Positions 47,114-57,999 of a stretch of DNA of 64,000 nucleotides are shown in pieces. The translations under genes were made by a program, and so were the position numbers. This stretch comes from a virus. The stretch spans positions 13,467 to 77,466 of the IMG/VR virus record IMGVR_UViG_3300025727_000782. One strand, 5' to 3'. The stretch's first letter is position 1. Each line of letters starts with the position of its first letter. Under the pieces are notes generated by a model. It had not been told where the DNA came from and made no database searches. It saw only the letters and a program-made list of their open reading frames with translations.

Positions 47114-48587
47114 AAAGAAAAAACACACTTTAAAATCCTTAAAAAAGGATAAGGTAATATGTCCTTTTTTGTGGACACACTCTTATGTCGAACCAAATGG
47201 AAATGTCTTTCCTTGTTGTACATCTAAGAATACAGAAGCTTTTACACGACCAAGTAAGTATGGTAATGTTAAGGATAGTACTTTGGATGAGATAATGAGG
47301 GGCCAAGAGATGAGTAAACTCAGAAAGAAAATGTTAAATGGTGAGTTTGACTCTAATTGTTCTAATTGTTATAAAACTGAAAAAAATGGTGGTTATAGTT
47401 TTAGAACATTTGGGCAAGATGAGTTTCTTGATCAAGATATAGTTGACTATGTTAATGCTACAAATCCTGAAAACGGTGAAATAGAAGATTACACTTTTAA
47501 ATATATTGATATTAGGTTTAGTAATGTTTGTAATTTTAGATGTAAATATTGTAGTCCGAGATTTAGTTCTACTTGGTATAACTTTATGAAAGATGAGTCG
47601 GAAAAACACCCTGTTGTTAGGGCATATGTAAAAAATAATCCAATGGAGATTGATTTATTTAAAGTTCAAGATGTTACAAAGGAAAATTTAATTACACAAT
47701 TAACACCGCACTTGGATACAACACAACAAGTTTATTTTGGTGGAGGTGAGCCATTGATTACTGAAGAGCATTATGAACTATTAGATGTAATGATGTCTAA
47801 AGATTTGTATGATATACACTTGAGGTATAATACTAATTTGAGTAATTTTAAATATAAAAAGAAACATATATTTGATTATTGGGAAAATTTTCAATATTTA
47901 ACTATTGGATGCAGTTTAGATCATTTCGGTAAGAAGGCTGAATTTATGAGAACTAAAACTGATTGGAAAGTTGAGGAAGAAAATTTAAGAGAGTTAATTA
48001 AATTTAGAAGCAACCACTATGAAATTTGGGGCCCACATGAAGAATTGGGAGACTCACAAAGAGAACATACAAAGAAGTGGGGAAAAAGTGGATGGGTAAT
48101 CATATCAATTGATACTGTAATTACTATTTTTAATGTAGGTTCAATTACTGATTTCTGGGACTATCTACTTGATGAAAAATTATTAGATGATCAGATGACA
48201 GTTACTATAAATGTAACTTACACACCTGAATACTTTACGGTTAGGGCATTACCAAAACACTTGAAAGACGAATTTAGTAAAAAGATGTATGATTGGTGGG
48301 AGAATGTTGATGAACGACATCCTAAACTTAAAACTATGAAAGATGTAGCGGGAAATTTAATAAAGGGAGAATTTAAACAATACATTGATACCATTCATAA
48401 CATAATGCATTCAGAGGATATTTGGGATGAAGATCTATTTTTCTGGAAAATAAAATTTTTAGACCCTGATATGACATTTAAGAAAATACTACCTGAATTA
48501 AGTGATTGTGTTGATATGGATGCTTTAGCAGATAAAGTTTCCGATGAGGCATTTATGATAGCATCCCCCACAACTCTTTTAAAATAA
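47076..48587 (+). CDS. Radical SAM enzyme with N-terminal twitch/SPASM-like domain
   Basis: ICPFLW...PCC...CSNC; CNFRCKYC; FGGGEP; YNTN. Confidence 0.9.
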   Translation: MKSSHQRETVMNKKKKHTLKSLKKDKVICPFLWTHSYVEPNGNVFPCCTSKNTEAFTRPSKYGNVKDSTLDEIMRGQEMSKLRKKMLNGEFDSNCSNCYKTEKNGGYSFRTFGQDEFLDQDIVDYVNATNPENGEIEDYTFKYIDIRFSNVCNFRCKYCSPRFSSTWYNFMKDESEKHPVVRAYVKNNPMEIDLFKVQDVTKENLITQLTPHLDTTQQVYFGGGEPLITEEHYELLDVMMSKDLYDIHLRYNTNLSNFKYKKKHIFDYWENFQYLTIGCSLDHFGKKAEFMRTKTDWKVEEENLRELIKFRSNHYEIWGPHEELGDSQREHTKKWGKSGWVIISIDTVITIFNVGSITDFWDYLLDEKLLDDQMTVTINVTYTPEYFTVRALPKHLKDEFSKKMYDWWENVDERHPKLKTMKDVAGNLIKGEFKQYIDTIHNIMHSEDIWDEDLFFWKIKFLDPDMTFKKILPELSDCVDMDALADKVSDEAFMIASPTTLLK

Positions 48588-48629
48588 GATGTATATACAG
48601 ACTCTGACGAATGATGATAAAACAATTTA

Positions 48630-49841
48630 ATGTCTAAAGAAAAAAAAAATAAAAGTTTTTGTATGGCTCCGTGGGTTCATATGAGTATATGGCAAACTGG
48701 TGATGCCTATCCTTGTTGTATTTATGATTGGGAAACACCAATTGGAAATGTTAATGATGAGGGATTCAGGGGAGTATGGAATAATGATTCTATGAAAGAA
48801 CTTAGATTAAAAATGTTAAATGGTGACGTTGTGGATTCGTGTAAGACTTGTGATTTATATGATGAACAGGGAATATATTCATATAGACATAAAATGAATA
48901 CAGAGTATAAACACCATCAGGGAGTAGTTGATAGTACAGAGAAAGATGGTTACGTTGAACAATTTAATTTAGCATATTTTGATGTTCGTTTTTCTAATTT
49001 GTGTAATATGAAGTGTAGAACTTGTGGTAGTCATTTTTCAAGTAAATGGGGGGAAGATGATTATAATGGAAAACCTATAGTGATTGAAATTGATTATCCA
49101 AATATGTGGAAAGAGATTGAAGAGGTTATACCAACAATAGAAGAGATTTATTTTACTGGAGGTGAGAGTTTATTTATGCCACACCACTATAAATTGTTAG
49201 ATATGTTAATTGAAAGAGATAAGAAACCATTGATAAAATATAATAGTAACGCAAGTAGACTTGGAATAGGGGATAAACATATTAAAAACTATTGGCCACA
49301 CTTTGAGGAAATAATTTATGGAGTTAGTTTTGATCAAGTTGGGGATAAAGCAAGTTATACTCGACACGGAACTAAGTGGGATAAGATTGTTGAAAATTTA
49401 TTTTGGATAAGGGATAATAATAAAAATGTTGTTATTGAACCAAGTCCTACTATTAGTATTTTTAACATTCTTGATTTAGATAAGATTGTAGAATTTTTAT
49501 TTGAGAATGATTTAAGTACTAATTTTAGAATAAACTTATCTAATTTATTAGTAACTCCTGAATATTTTTCAATAACATTATTACCAAAAGAATTAAAAGT
49601 AAAGGCTGAAAAAAATATAAATAAGTTGAAAAAGTATATAATAAAGAAAGTTGAACACATTGGACAGCGACAACATATTATTGAAAATTTAGATAAGGTT
49701 ATAAGATTTATGTATGGAAAGGATACTTCAGATTTGATACCACGAACATTAAATGAAATAAAACTTATTGATATAAAAAGAAAGGAAAACTTTTTTGAAG
49801 TATTTCCTGAATATGAGATTTTAAAAGAATATGAAAAGTAA
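48630..49841 (+). CDS. Radical SAM enzyme with N-terminal twitch/SPASM-like domain
   Basis: FCMAPW...PCC...CKTC; CNMKCRTC; FTGGES. Confidence 0.9.
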   Translation: MSKEKKNKSFCMAPWVHMSIWQTGDAYPCCIYDWETPIGNVNDEGFRGVWNNDSMKELRLKMLNGDVVDSCKTCDLYDEQGIYSYRHKMNTEYKHHQGVVDSTEKDGYVEQFNLAYFDVRFSNLCNMKCRTCGSHFSSKWGEDDYNGKPIVIEIDYPNMWKEIEEVIPTIEEIYFTGGESLFMPHHYKLLDMLIERDKKPLIKYNSNASRLGIGDKHIKNYWPHFEEIIYGVSFDQVGDKASYTRHGTKWDKIVENLFWIRDNNKNVVIEPSPTISIFNILDLDKIVEFLFENDLSTNFRINLSNLLVTPEYFSITLLPKELKVKAEKNINKLKKYIIKKVEHIGQRQHIIENLDKVIRFMYGKDTSDLIPRTLNEIKLIDIKRKENFFEVFPEYEILKEYEK

Positions 49842-51060
49842 AGAAGAGTTATTTAAAACTAAAACATTTTGTATGATGCCTTGGGTACACATGCATGTTT
49901 GGCCTGCAGGAAAAACATTTCCTTGTTGTATGGCAGACCCAAATTGTGATATCGGAAATACTAATGAGAAAAGTTTGTTAGAACTTTGGAATAGTGGTAG
50001 AATGAAATTTATCAGAAAGTCTATGTTGAATGATAGGCAAATTCCAGATTGTAGACGATGTTATGAATTGGAAGAAAGTGGAATGAGAACATTGAGAAAT
50101 TCTTCTTTGGAAAATTTTGGACACCACTTTGACAAGGTTTTAGGTACACACGATGATGGGACAGTTGATGAGTTGAATATGGCTTATCTTGATATAAGAT
50201 TTAGTAACTTGTGTAATATGAGTTGTAGAACTTGCGGCCCACAATTTAGTACAGGTTGGTATGATGATCATAAAAAAATTCACGGAGATCCTGGACATCC
50301 TAAAGTTTTACAAGTTAGTAAAAATATGAAAACTTGGTTCGAAAAATTAAAAGATGTGTTGGATACGGTAGAAGAAGTTTATTTTGCTGGGGGAGAACCT
50401 TTGATTACTGAAGAACATTATAAAATTTTGGATTATTGGATTGAAACTAATAAGAAAGATGTTAGAATCGGATACACAACAAATTTTTCTTTAATGAATT
50501 ATAAGAAGAAGTCGATATATGATTATTGGAATTCATTTGGAAATGTTAGAGTTGCAGCAAGTTTAGATGCAACTTGGGAACGAGGTGAGTATTTAAGAAA
50601 AGGTACAAATTGGGATAGAACAGTACAGAATAGAAAGACAATGATAGAGAAATGTCCAGATGTTTATTTTGAAATTACACCCACAGTTAGTATTTTTAAT
50701 TGTTTTAATCTACCAGATTTCCATAAGGAATGGGTTGAATCGGGACTTTTGGAAGTTGACAATATACGAATTAATATTTTACTCGACCCTACAGAAATGA
50801 GATTACAAATTTTACCTGATATGTTAAAGGATAAATTAAGAAAACGATATCAAGAACATATAGATTGGTTAAATACATTTACAGAAAAACCACACAATGC
50901 ACTTTCAGGTTTTAAAAATTTGCTTTATTTTATTGAACAAAAAGATTATAGTGATAAAATACCTATGTTTAAAGAGATTACAGATAGAGTTGATTCTGTA
51001 AGAAATGAAAGTTTTATTGAAACTTATCCAGAATTAAAGGAGTTATACGATGTTGAGTAA
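49831..51060 (+). CDS. Radical SAM enzyme with N-terminal twitch/SPASM-like domain
   Basis: FCMMPW...PCC...CRRC; CNMSCRTC; FAGGEP. Confidence 0.9.
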   Translation: MKSKEELFKTKTFCMMPWVHMHVWPAGKTFPCCMADPNCDIGNTNEKSLLELWNSGRMKFIRKSMLNDRQIPDCRRCYELEESGMRTLRNSSLENFGHHFDKVLGTHDDGTVDELNMAYLDIRFSNLCNMSCRTCGPQFSTGWYDDHKKIHGDPGHPKVLQVSKNMKTWFEKLKDVLDTVEEVYFAGGEPLITEEHYKILDYWIETNKKDVRIGYTTNFSLMNYKKKSIYDYWNSFGNVRVAASLDATWERGEYLRKGTNWDRTVQNRKTMIEKCPDVYFEITPTVSIFNCFNLPDFHKEWVESGLLEVDNIRINILLDPTEMRLQILPDMLKDKLRKRYQEHIDWLNTFTEKPHNALSGFKNLLYFIEQKDYSDKIPMFKEITDRVDSVRNESFIETYPELKELYDVE

Positions 51061-52294
51061 AACATTTTGTGTATATCCCTGGATTAATATCCATACCAAT
51101 ACGGATGGCAGGGCAAAACTTTGTTGTAATATCTATACGGAAGATTATGTACAAAAAGATAATAAACCATTGGTTTTAGGAAGTACTGAATTTGATGAGT
51201 TTTGGAATGGGGATTATATGAAGAGTGTTCGTGAGGGAATGTTAAATGGAGAGGAAATTGATGCTTGTCAAATTTGCTATGATAGAGAAAAAATTGGAAT
51301 GGAGAGTAGTAGAGTATGGGCTAATGAAAATATTTTAGATGATGAACTAAAGAAAAGAATTGAATCTGAAACTATTCACGGAGAGTTTTCTTATAATCCA
51401 ACACACTTAGAATTAAGGTTAGGAAATAAATGTAATTTAAAATGTAATTCGTGTTGGAGTGTCAGTAGTAATACTATTTATAAAGAGAGAACCAAGATAA
51501 TGGAATCTGAAAAAGATATACCAGAATGGTTATCTAATCAATGGAATCACGAGATAGATTCTGTAAATCAATACGATTGGAACTGGTTCAATTCAAAAAA
51601 GTTTGATGAATTTATAGATAAGGTTGCACCTACAATGAAGAGGTTATATTTAACTGGAGGTGAACCAACACTTATAAATAAAAATTATGATATATTGGAG
51701 AAGTTAATGAGTGTTGGGAATAAAAGTGTCTATCCTTGCTGGACAACAAATTTAACTATTTGGCCAGAAAGGTTTTATGATACTTTAGATTATTTTGATA
51801 GTAGTGAAGTTCAAATGAGTATTGATGGTTACGGTGATCAAAATTATTATACGAGGTATCCAACAAAATGGAAACTTGTAGAACGAAATTTTAAAAAATC
51901 ATTAGAGTTACCAGATAAAGTAAATTTAAAGATATACTTTGTTTTTCAGGCTTGGAATATTTTTAATGTTTGTGATTTGGTTAGGTGGGTAGAGAAAAAT
52001 TCAAATGGTAGAAATATAGATTTTGTACCAATCTATCTTGAATATCCAACACACATTCATTCTACTGTATGGCCAAGGAAAGTTTTAGATAAGGCAGTAA
52101 AAAACTTATTGGAGCTGAGAAAAACTTCAAAATATAAATCACCAATAACAGGTTTGATAAATTACTTAAAACACCCAAAAGAGTTTTCTGTAGAGGAATT
52201 GAAAAAGATGAAATATTTCATTGATTTAAATGATAAACATAGGGGTATAAAATTTTCTGATTATTTCCCAGAGTTAACTGATGAGTTAACTTAA
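51050..52294 (+). CDS. Radical SAM enzyme with N-terminal twitch/SPASM-like domain
   Basis: FCVYPW...LCC...CQIC; CNLKCNSC; LTGGEP. Confidence 0.9.
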   Translation: MLSKTFCVYPWINIHTNTDGRAKLCCNIYTEDYVQKDNKPLVLGSTEFDEFWNGDYMKSVREGMLNGEEIDACQICYDREKIGMESSRVWANENILDDELKKRIESETIHGEFSYNPTHLELRLGNKCNLKCNSCWSVSSNTIYKERTKIMESEKDIPEWLSNQWNHEIDSVNQYDWNWFNSKKFDEFIDKVAPTMKRLYLTGGEPTLINKNYDILEKLMSVGNKSVYPCWTTNLTIWPERFYDTLDYFDSSEVQMSIDGYGDQNYYTRYPTKWKLVERNFKKSLELPDKVNLKIYFVFQAWNIFNVCDLVRWVEKNSNGRNIDFVPIYLEYPTHIHSTVWPRKVLDKAVKNLLELRKTSKYKSPITGLINYLKHPKEFSVEELKKMKYFIDLNDKHRGIKFSDYFPELTDELT

Positions 52295-52920
52295 TGTCAT
52301 ATCAATCATATAAAAACCATATAGGAGATAGACCTACGGAAGAGAGAATAAAGTTTTATAGAATTTTGGATTATTTAAAACCCAATCATTCTCTGTTGGA
52401 TATTGGTTGTAATTCTGGTTTCTTTTCAGTTTACCTGGCATCACATTGTAAGAATGTTGTTGGTGTTGATAGCTTGTGGCCACCTGATGTGAAATTCTTT
52501 GGAGAGGTATATGTAGAAGAAAATTCAATAGAAAATATAGAATTTATTAAAGAAAGTTTCTTAGATGTATATTTATCATTACCTAAATTTGATGTCATAC
52601 TGGCATTAGCAGTAATGGGCCATATAAAAAATTGTAATTCTTGGGGCATTGAAACTATTGCTAAAAAATTATATGATTTAACAAATGATAATGGAATTTT
52701 ATTTCATGAAAGTATTACCGATGATTTTGATAATGATTTTATAGATTACAAAAAGTTAAATCAGTCTTATATAGATATAGGATTTAAAGAATTGTTTCAA
52801 TTGGATATTCCTACTGAACTTGAAGGGCCTACACCAACTATTCAAAATGATGTTGGAGTATGGGGGAATAAGTTTTCATCTATTAGAAAACTTACTGTTT
52901 TTAAAAAGGACTCAGAGTAA
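52294..52920 (+). CDS. Class I SAM-dependent methyltransferase
   Basis: LLDIGCNSGFF; FDVILALAVMGH. Confidence 0.85.
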   Translation: MSYQSYKNHIGDRPTEERIKFYRILDYLKPNHSLLDIGCNSGFFSVYLASHCKNVVGVDSLWPPDVKFFGEVYVEENSIENIEFIKESFLDVYLSLPKFDVILALAVMGHIKNCNSWGIETIAKKLYDLTNDNGILFHESITDDFDNDFIDYKKLNQSYIDIGFKELFQLDIPTELEGPTPTIQNDVGVWGNKFSSIRKLTVFKKDSE

Positions 52921-53897
52921 TGGTAAAACAAGTAAAAAGAATATATCCAAATAAAAATAAATGGGTTAGTATTACTTGGCAAGTAAACGATGTCTGTAAT
53001 TTTAGATGTTCTTATTGTAATGAGTATAATTGGGGTGGTAGACATAGGAATGGTAATACTGAAGAAATATGTAGAAACTTAGATAAAATTATGAAACATT
53101 ATAAAAGTAAAGGATATGAATATTTTAAGATATTTTTTAGTGGCGGAGAACCAACATTCTGGGACCCATTATTTTCTGTAATAGAAACTTTTGAAAATAA
53201 TGCTAAATTTCCAGGTTCGTGTGTAGGAATAAATAGTAATTTAAGTAGACCATTAAAGTGGTGGAAAGAGCACCATCATAAATTTGATGATGTTGTTGGT
53301 TCTTACCACATTGAATTTACAGATGAGAAGAAATATTTGAAAAATTATGAGTATTTATCTACACGAAAAAATTGGATGTGTGCAAGACTTATGATGCATA
53401 AAGATCATTTTCAACATATGATAGATGTTGGGGAAAAGATTAAAAAGTTTCCAAACACTATTATTGAATATGCTCCAGTATTTGATGAGTTAAAACCAGA
53501 TACCGACCCGTATCATTATGATGAAAAGTGGATGGGAGAGTGGTTAATGAAAAATCCTATGCATATAGAACAAGAGTCTAAACCAGAATCACGAGAAATA
53601 AAAGTTTTTTCTATGGTAGAATTTGAAGATGGTACTTCAGATGCAATTAATACAAATTCATTGATTGCAAATAAACAAAACTTTTTTAACGGTTGGAAGT
53701 GTCATATTGATGAGGCAATTCATATTATGCCTAATGGTGATATGAGTCTTGCAAGTTGTGGTGTTGGTCCAAAAATTGGTAATATTGTACGAGGACAATT
53801 TATCAATTCTAACGCAAAACCTATTATATGTCCTAAGTTACATTGTCATTGTGCAGCAGATATAAACATAACCAAGTATAGGAAAGAACATGCATAA
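52920..53897 (+). CDS. Radical SAM enzyme with C-terminal SPASM/twitch domain
   Basis: CNFRCSYC; FSGGEP; GWKC...SCG...ICPKLHCHC. Confidence 0.9.
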   Translation: MVKQVKRIYPNKNKWVSITWQVNDVCNFRCSYCNEYNWGGRHRNGNTEEICRNLDKIMKHYKSKGYEYFKIFFSGGEPTFWDPLFSVIETFENNAKFPGSCVGINSNLSRPLKWWKEHHHKFDDVVGSYHIEFTDEKKYLKNYEYLSTRKNWMCARLMMHKDHFQHMIDVGEKIKKFPNTIIEYAPVFDELKPDTDPYHYDEKWMGEWLMKNPMHIEQESKPESREIKVFSMVEFEDGTSDAINTNSLIANKQNFFNGWKCHIDEAIHIMPNGDMSLASCGVGPKIGNIVRGQFINSNAKPIICPKLHCHCAADINITKYRKEHA

Positions 53898-55290
53898 ATA
53901 TCCAAGAACGACATTTTGTTATCCTACTCTTGGTGAGTTAAGTATAGGTGGTGATGGTGCTGTTAGAAGCTGTTGTGTGGTTCAGGGAGTACAGACTTCA
54001 AAAAAAATTACTAATGTTGAAAATATTGAAGAGTTGGTAAATGATTCTGAACTTGTAAAGTTGAGAGGAGATTTATTAACTGATAAAAAAGTAAAGACTT
54101 GTGATGGGTGTTGGAAAATTGAGGATTCAGGTGGTACAAGTTATAGATCGAGTTGGAATAACAGATTTAAATATTATCAAAGAGAGGCTTTACAAAATGT
54201 AGATGATAATTTTAATATAATAGATCCTTCTAAAATACGATTTTTAGATTTGACATTTGGAAATAATTGTAATATGAAATGTGTTATGTGTCATCCAATG
54301 GCTTCAAGTCAATGGATAAAGGATCAGGGCCCACTTATTGCAGAATTTGCAAAAGAAGTTGGGTTGGGCGTTAGTAACTCTCCCGATCGGAATAAAGTTG
54401 AATTTGAGCCTGAAAAGTATGTATCAGATGTTACTTATCTTGCATCTTATACAGAAAATTCGTTGGAAGTACCAAGAGAAATTGTACAACGGCCTTGGTA
54501 TAAGGATTATGATTGGAATAAATTTAATCATATTATACCGAACTTGCAACATATAAATATGGTAGGTGGTGAACCGTTGATAAATGTAGAACAGGAAAAA
54601 CTTTTAGAACACATTGTGGAGATGGGATATTCAAAAAATATTTCAATATCTTATAATACTAATCTTTCTATTGTTAGTGCTAAAGTAAAAAAATATTGGC
54701 CTCAATTTAGAGAGATTGCTCTATCTTGTAGTTTTGACGCAATTGGTAAACAAAATGATTATATCAGATATCTAAGTAGTTGGGAAGTATTTACTAAAAA
54801 TATCTTTGAAGCATATAATCTATCTGATAATATGATTATAAATTTTGCATCAACTGTTAGTGTGTATAATATATTGGAGATTGGTAAGATAGTTGATTGG
54901 TCGATTGATATGTTGTTAGAGAGAGAAAAAAGAGGACTTGAAATATCTAAGATTTTACCATTCTTTACTTTTGTTAAGATACCTGTAATACATGATATTC
55001 AAATCTTACCTAAAGAAATTAAAGAAATTGCAATAAAAGAATTGGAAGATACAGTCAATGATATTGAGAAATTTAATAGAAAAAGAACAAGAGAACTAAA
55101 GATAGTAATTCCAGAACCTGATATCGCAAGTATACTCGTTATAATAGATATGTTAAAGGAAGAACCTAATGATAAAGTAGAAACAGAAAAGAAGTGGAAA
55201 GTTTTTAAAAAGTTTGTTAAACATTTAGACACCGTAAGAAACATTAAAATAGAGGATTTTGGTTTAGAAATAACCAAGTATATAAAATGA
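53890..55290 (+). CDS. Radical SAM enzyme with N-terminal twitch/SPASM-like domain
   Basis: FCYP...SCC...CDGCW; CNMKCVMC; VGGEP; YNTN. Confidence 0.9.
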   Translation: MHKYPRTTFCYPTLGELSIGGDGAVRSCCVVQGVQTSKKITNVENIEELVNDSELVKLRGDLLTDKKVKTCDGCWKIEDSGGTSYRSSWNNRFKYYQREALQNVDDNFNIIDPSKIRFLDLTFGNNCNMKCVMCHPMASSQWIKDQGPLIAEFAKEVGLGVSNSPDRNKVEFEPEKYVSDVTYLASYTENSLEVPREIVQRPWYKDYDWNKFNHIIPNLQHINMVGGEPLINVEQEKLLEHIVEMGYSKNISISYNTNLSIVSAKVKKYWPQFREIALSCSFDAIGKQNDYIRYLSSWEVFTKNIFEAYNLSDNMIINFASTVSVYNILEIGKIVDWSIDMLLEREKRGLEISKILPFFTFVKIPVIHDIQILPKEIKEIAIKELEDTVNDIEKFNRKRTRELKIVIPEPDIASILVIIDMLKEEPNDKVETEKKWKVFKKFVKHLDTVRNIKIEDFGLEITKYIK

Positions 55291-57431
55291 AAATAGCAAT
55301 AGCATTAGCACCACAATGGTCAATAATGACTCCACCATTAGCTTTGGCTATATTGGATTCATATATTGACAATAGACACGATAAAAAAGTTTTTGACTTA
55401 AACATACAGTCTGCCCACCATTTAAATGAAACACAAGGAACTAATTACTGGGATGTAGTTGGGCATGTACCATTTCAAAATGAAAGACTTTTTAATAGTG
55501 AAATGTTACCTATGTTAACCCCGGTGTTTGATGATTTCATACAAGAAGTTAAAGACTATGATGTGATTACTTTTACTCTTTATGTTGCTAATAAACTGTC
55601 TACTTGGTATTTAATGAAAGAGATAAGAAAGTTAAATCCAAATGTAAAATTTGTAGTTGGAGGCCCCGCGAGTTGGTATGATTCTACTTCATTATTTGAA
55701 GAGAGTGATTATAATATTGATGTTTTATGTAGTGGGGAGGCTGAAAATATTGTGGATGAACTTATGACTGCTATAGAACAGAAAACAAATTTAGAAGATG
55801 TTGATGGAATTTATGTTCGTGATGGGAAAAAATTTAAGAAAACTGCATTTAGATTTCCTATTAAAAATTTAAATGAGTTAAGTGAGGGTAAATTTGATAA
55901 TTTTGATTTGGCGAAATATACTTTGGTAGATTATTTATATCCAGGTGAACCAATTTTACCTATACAGGGTTCAAGGGGGTGTGTTGCAAAATGTACTTTC
56001 TGTGGTGAAACGAGAATTTATAGATTCAAACGCGGAGAGAAAATTGCTGACGAAGTAATAAATTTACATAAAAGGTATGGAGTTAGAAATTTTCACTTTG
56101 TTGATTCATTAGTTAATGGCTCTAAAAACAATTTTGATGGGTTGGTAAATAAAATTAATGAAATCGGACTCGGTGGAAAGATTCAAATTGCTGGTTACTC
56201 TCGTGTTAATTATATGAATGAAGATAGGGCACAGAGAGCAAGTGAATCTGGATTCAGGTGGTTAGATTTCGGAGTGGAATCGGGTACACCTAAAGTTTTA
56301 GCATTAATGGAAAAAGGAGCTACTGTGGAAGATAATGAATTAGCTTTACATTCTTGTAATAAGGCTGATTTGGGAACAAATGTTAATTGGATTACAGGAT
56401 ATCCACAAGAAAATGTAATTGATTGGGCTATAAGTTTATTTTTTCTTTGGAGAAATCGTTGGAATATTGCTACAATATCTGGTAATCAATATCCCGCTGG
56501 TGTTTTACAGGGTAACGCTCTTGATGTTTATAGAGAACGATTTGATATTAAGGGCCCTTCATATGCAGATAAGTCTTTCTTTATGAATGATTGGTTTAGT
56601 TCAACATTAGATAATACTTTTATAAATCGAATTGTTAGGTTAAAATTAACACATACATTTATGGATTTGTTAAAATTCTATTGGTCAGGTTGGTATGAAA
56701 TGAGAAATGTTTATAATTTTAAAATAAAGGATATTGAGAATAAACCAGATTTCCAACATCCTATGGATTTTGAAAGTTATGATAATTTAAATCATCTCGG
56801 TTATTGGTGGGAATTAAAAAGAACACACCAGGGGTATACAGATTTAGAAGAATATAAAAAACTTATTGTTCCAACATTTGAATTACCAGATTTGAAATGT
56901 AAATATTTAGAAGAAGAAAATAAAAATGCAGAACCAGTAGATAGATTCACAATTTTAGCTGATAGAGTTAGATATCAGGTAAGAAAAGAAATGAGAACTT
57001 TTTGTTATGTTTTATATAAAGTTTTTGGTGGGTGTGAATTTGATATTAAGTGGAAAGAGGATTTCGCTATGACAGGTGCTGAAGGAGTTGAATTTAACGT
57101 ATCAATGGAGTTTGATTGTGAAGAAGATGGTACATATACTTTGAATATACAAAATGATTTAGTTTGTGAGAATTCAGGACCTAGATTTAGAAGAACGATG
57201 AATCCAAAACTAAGATGGAATGTAAATATTGCTACAAGACGAAATAGAGATTTTAGAGTAAATAATAGAGATTTGTTCTATCCAATGGAGTTTCAAGATA
57301 TTTATAGTGAAATTGGTAATATGAACGAAAAGGGTGATTATGATTCCCCCGATTTAAATTGTTATGATGCATTTGATATTGAAAAATATAAAACTAATTT
57401 AAAAAGAACTTGGATGACAGGAGTACATTAG
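55287..57431 (+). CDS. B12-binding (class B-like) radical SAM enzyme
   Basis: PPLALAIL, VVGGP, GEAE (cobalamin-binding domain); GSRGCVAKCTFC; FGVESG; GYPQE. Confidence 0.9.
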   Translation: MKIAIALAPQWSIMTPPLALAILDSYIDNRHDKKVFDLNIQSAHHLNETQGTNYWDVVGHVPFQNERLFNSEMLPMLTPVFDDFIQEVKDYDVITFTLYVANKLSTWYLMKEIRKLNPNVKFVVGGPASWYDSTSLFEESDYNIDVLCSGEAENIVDELMTAIEQKTNLEDVDGIYVRDGKKFKKTAFRFPIKNLNELSEGKFDNFDLAKYTLVDYLYPGEPILPIQGSRGCVAKCTFCGETRIYRFKRGEKIADEVINLHKRYGVRNFHFVDSLVNGSKNNFDGLVNKINEIGLGGKIQIAGYSRVNYMNEDRAQRASESGFRWLDFGVESGTPKVLALMEKGATVEDNELALHSCNKADLGTNVNWITGYPQENVIDWAISLFFLWRNRWNIATISGNQYPAGVLQGNALDVYRERFDIKGPSYADKSFFMNDWFSSTLDNTFINRIVRLKLTHTFMDLLKFYWSGWYEMRNVYNFKIKDIENKPDFQHPMDFESYDNLNHLGYWWELKRTHQGYTDLEEYKKLIVPTFELPDLKCKYLEEENKNAEPVDRFTILADRVRYQVRKEMRTFCYVLYKVFGGCEFDIKWKEDFAMTGAEGVEFNVSMEFDCEEDGTYTLNIQNDLVCENSGPRFRRTMNPKLRWNVNIATRRNRDFRVNNRDLFYPMEFQDIYSEIGNMNEKGDYDSPDLNCYDAFDIEKYKTNLKRTWMTGVH

Positions 57432-57432
57432 A

Positions 57433-57999
57433 ATGGAAACCGTAGGGCAGTTACAAAAAATAATTAAACGACACGAAACGAAAGTTATATATGATGACGA
57501 TACAATAAAGGTTGTTAGACCATTAACTTATGCTGCAGTAAAGTTGTATGGTTATGGTACTCGAATTTGTATTGCGTGGAACGATGATACTTGGTGGAAA
57601 TTTTATAATAAGTGTGGAGTTATACTTTATATCATTAATAAAAAATCGGAACATAAGTCTAAATTTTCTAAAGTATTTATGTGGTTACCTTATCCAAAGT
57701 TTTTACCTTTATATAGAGATTTTGGTACAACAATTGAAGATGTTGCTTCACGATATAAAGTAGATGATACATTGTATAAACAAATTTGTTTGGGATACTC
57801 CAATTCAGTTGATGAAATCGGTATAGTAAAATTAACTAATGAGTTTGAATTTTATGATACTGAAAATGATAGGAATTTTATGCCAGTAAAATTTGAACAA
57901 AACAGTAAATTATATTGTTTGGATGGTGAGTGGGAGTTATCTTATGAAATCTATAAAACAATAAAACATAAGTATGAAACCGAGTGGCAATTAATATGA
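57433..57999 (+). CDS. Hypothetical phage protein
   Basis: 188 aa; VVRPLTYAAVKLYGYGTRICIA motif; function not recognised. Confidence 0.55.
   Translation: METVGQLQKIIKRHETKVIYDDDTIKVVRPLTYAAVKLYGYGTRICIAWNDDTWWKFYNKCGVILYIINKKSEHKSKFSKVFMWLPYPKFLPLYRDFGTTIEDVASRYKVDDTLYKQICLGYSNSVDEIGIVKLTNEFEFYDTENDRNFMPVKFEQNSKLYCLDGEWELSYEIYKTIKHKYETEWQLI

Noticed and set aside
48589-48630. 13-codon ORF MYIQTLTNDDKTI overlapping the next start (TAATG)
   Set aside because: No RBS and too short to distinguish from chance
44358-57431. RiPP biosynthetic cluster interpretation of the radical SAM array
   Set aside because: No convincing precursor, RRE/PqqD domain, peptidase or exporter inside the island; neighbours are sugar enzymes. 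Kept only as a minor alternative for the 14190 peptide
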